Made by a program: the position numbers and the translations under genes. The notes beneath the pieces were generated by a model. The model was given only the letters and a program-made list of their open reading frames with translations. It was not told the DNA's origin and did no database searches. Of a DNA stretch of 64,000 nucleotides, positions 62,493 to 64,000 are shown piece after piece. Position 1 is the first letter of the stretch; each line of letters begins with the position of its first letter. The DNA is from Octopus vulgaris (Eukaryota): assembly GCA_951406725.2 (NCBI GenBank), contig OX597817.1, forward strand, positions 105,586,001 through 105,650,000, read 5' to 3'.

Positions 62493-63671
62493 GTAAGAAT
62501 ATTCTTCTTTTAGCATGTTTTGATCAGTAAATCAACTTTTAAGAGAAGGATGACAAAGAAGTTGAAGATTGTATGAAAACTAAAAATAACATGTTTAAAA
62601 TAGGAAGAGCTATTATATCATTATCATCATCTTTGTTTTAATGATCACTTTTGTAAGCTTGCTTGGATCAAATGAGAGTATGTTGAGACTGAGTTTTCTA
62701 CAGCCAGATGCACTTCATGTTGCCAACTTCCATCTGTTTCCAAGTGAAGAAATAATCTCCCAGTTTATCGAACATCATCAAACAGCCCAGACGTGCTTAC
62801 GTGGAGAAATGGAAACAAATGACACTTAAATCTTTTGTTTACAAAATCAGCACTACATATTAAGACATGTCAAGTATTCTGAACTTGTCTAAACCACTCA
62901 CATATACATGTGTGTGTATGTTTATCCAGTTCCATTCTGTTTACTCTCACCCACTCTTGTATACTGTGAGTAGTCATGTATCTCTTTTATCTTCTTCGAT
63001 ACATTAAAGCTCTCATTGACTATCATAAAGCTGCTTCCCTTTCTACTGTAATCTTACTCGGTTGAAGAGGATCTTAGTCATGCATGCTACATGGCAACGT
63101 CACTTGTACTGGTGCCATGAAAAATGTACTTGTACACTTTGTAAAGTGATTGGTAATAGAAAAGGCATCTAGCCATAAAAACCATACCCAAAATAGAACA
63201 TATGAATGATATGTTGTTCCCAATGTGTGTAGGAGGACAGCAATTCCAAATACAAACTGACCTGAACTGTGATGACTTACCAGTGCAGAAAGTGGATGTA
63301 AACTGATGAGGATGAACAATATAGTCACGTTAGCACTAGTATTAGTGATTGAAAATCTAACTGATCTGCTGAAACGTTACCTTGCTTGGAAACAGGTGAG
63401 GGTTGGTGACAGGAAGGATATCTAGTTATAGGATATCTACCCCAACAAATCCCATCTGATCCATGCAACCATGGAAAGAAGGATGTTGGAGGATGGTGGT
63501 GATAACGGTAAATTAGTACAAATAGAACCAGTGCAAGTTGTTAATGTTTTAAGACAATATTCTATCACTGCTGCAGAAGTAATAACTTTCTTAAAATAAA
63601 AACAATAAAAATTGAAGAATTTAAAAAAAAAATTGTGTTTTATACTATTAATCTCTTAGATTAATAATATA

Positions 63672-63920
63672 CCGTAAATCCTTGAGTATAATCCGCATTT
63701 TTTCCCCAAAATTTAAAGGTCAAAATCTCTAGTGCCTACTATATACGAGGTTAAAAATATTTTCTAAGTAATGTCCGAACCTCTATTTGCTCTCCGGAAG
63801 TGTTTATTCAGACGCATTTTGTGATGTTGGGCGCGAAAATACCTTCAGCTAAGCCTGAAAGTAATGTAGTCATAAAAGAATCATCCATAACTTGCAGTAA
63901 GCAACAGTTATTAAAATAAA
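63672..63920. mobile_element. Tc1/pogo-type MITE, inverted sister of 33352-33863 (partial)
   Basis: TA-ccgtaaatccttgagtataatccgc; reverse-complement match to 33600-33863. Confidence 0.78.
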
Positions 63921-64000
63921 AGTATTCAGAACACAGAATAACATGTAACAAAAACAATTTGCAAACATATTTACATTTCTATATAACAGTTAAGAACATC

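Overview
AT-rich, repeat-dense animal genomic DNA. The SINE/RTE repertoire suggests a cephalopod such as Octopus (inference). Three spliced genes can be assembled by hand with phase-consistent GT-AG exons. (1) The 3' part of an adhesion GPCR on + (16 exons, 1281-27451: GAIN/GPS with an HL|TSFAILM site, 7TM and C-tail; the N-terminus lies upstream of the window). (2) A complete TMEM138 on - (4 coding exons, 42971-36979). (3) The 5' end of TUBGCP2 (gamma-tubulin complex component 2) on + (coding exons at 54482, 60934, 62401), head-to-head with TMEM138. Introns and intergenic DNA hold RTE LINEs, degenerate CR1/Jockey-type LINEs, Penelope-like remnants, tRNA-derived SINEs, piggyBac/hAT/Tc1-mariner MITEs and microsatellites. 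The most notable signals are an intact minimal hammerhead ribozyme (767-814, -) with several degenerate relatives, one of them tied to a Penelope GIY-YIG remnant and a tRNA-like cassette, and a young RTE LINE. That RTE has a PHD finger inside its RT region, a 5' inversion-duplication forming a perfect 117-bp inverted repeat, and an A/B higher-order minisatellite in its 3' UTR; RTE copies also repeatedly sit in the microsatellite linker of one SINE family. Exon coordinates were read base by base; repeat boundaries are approximate. No database searches were run.
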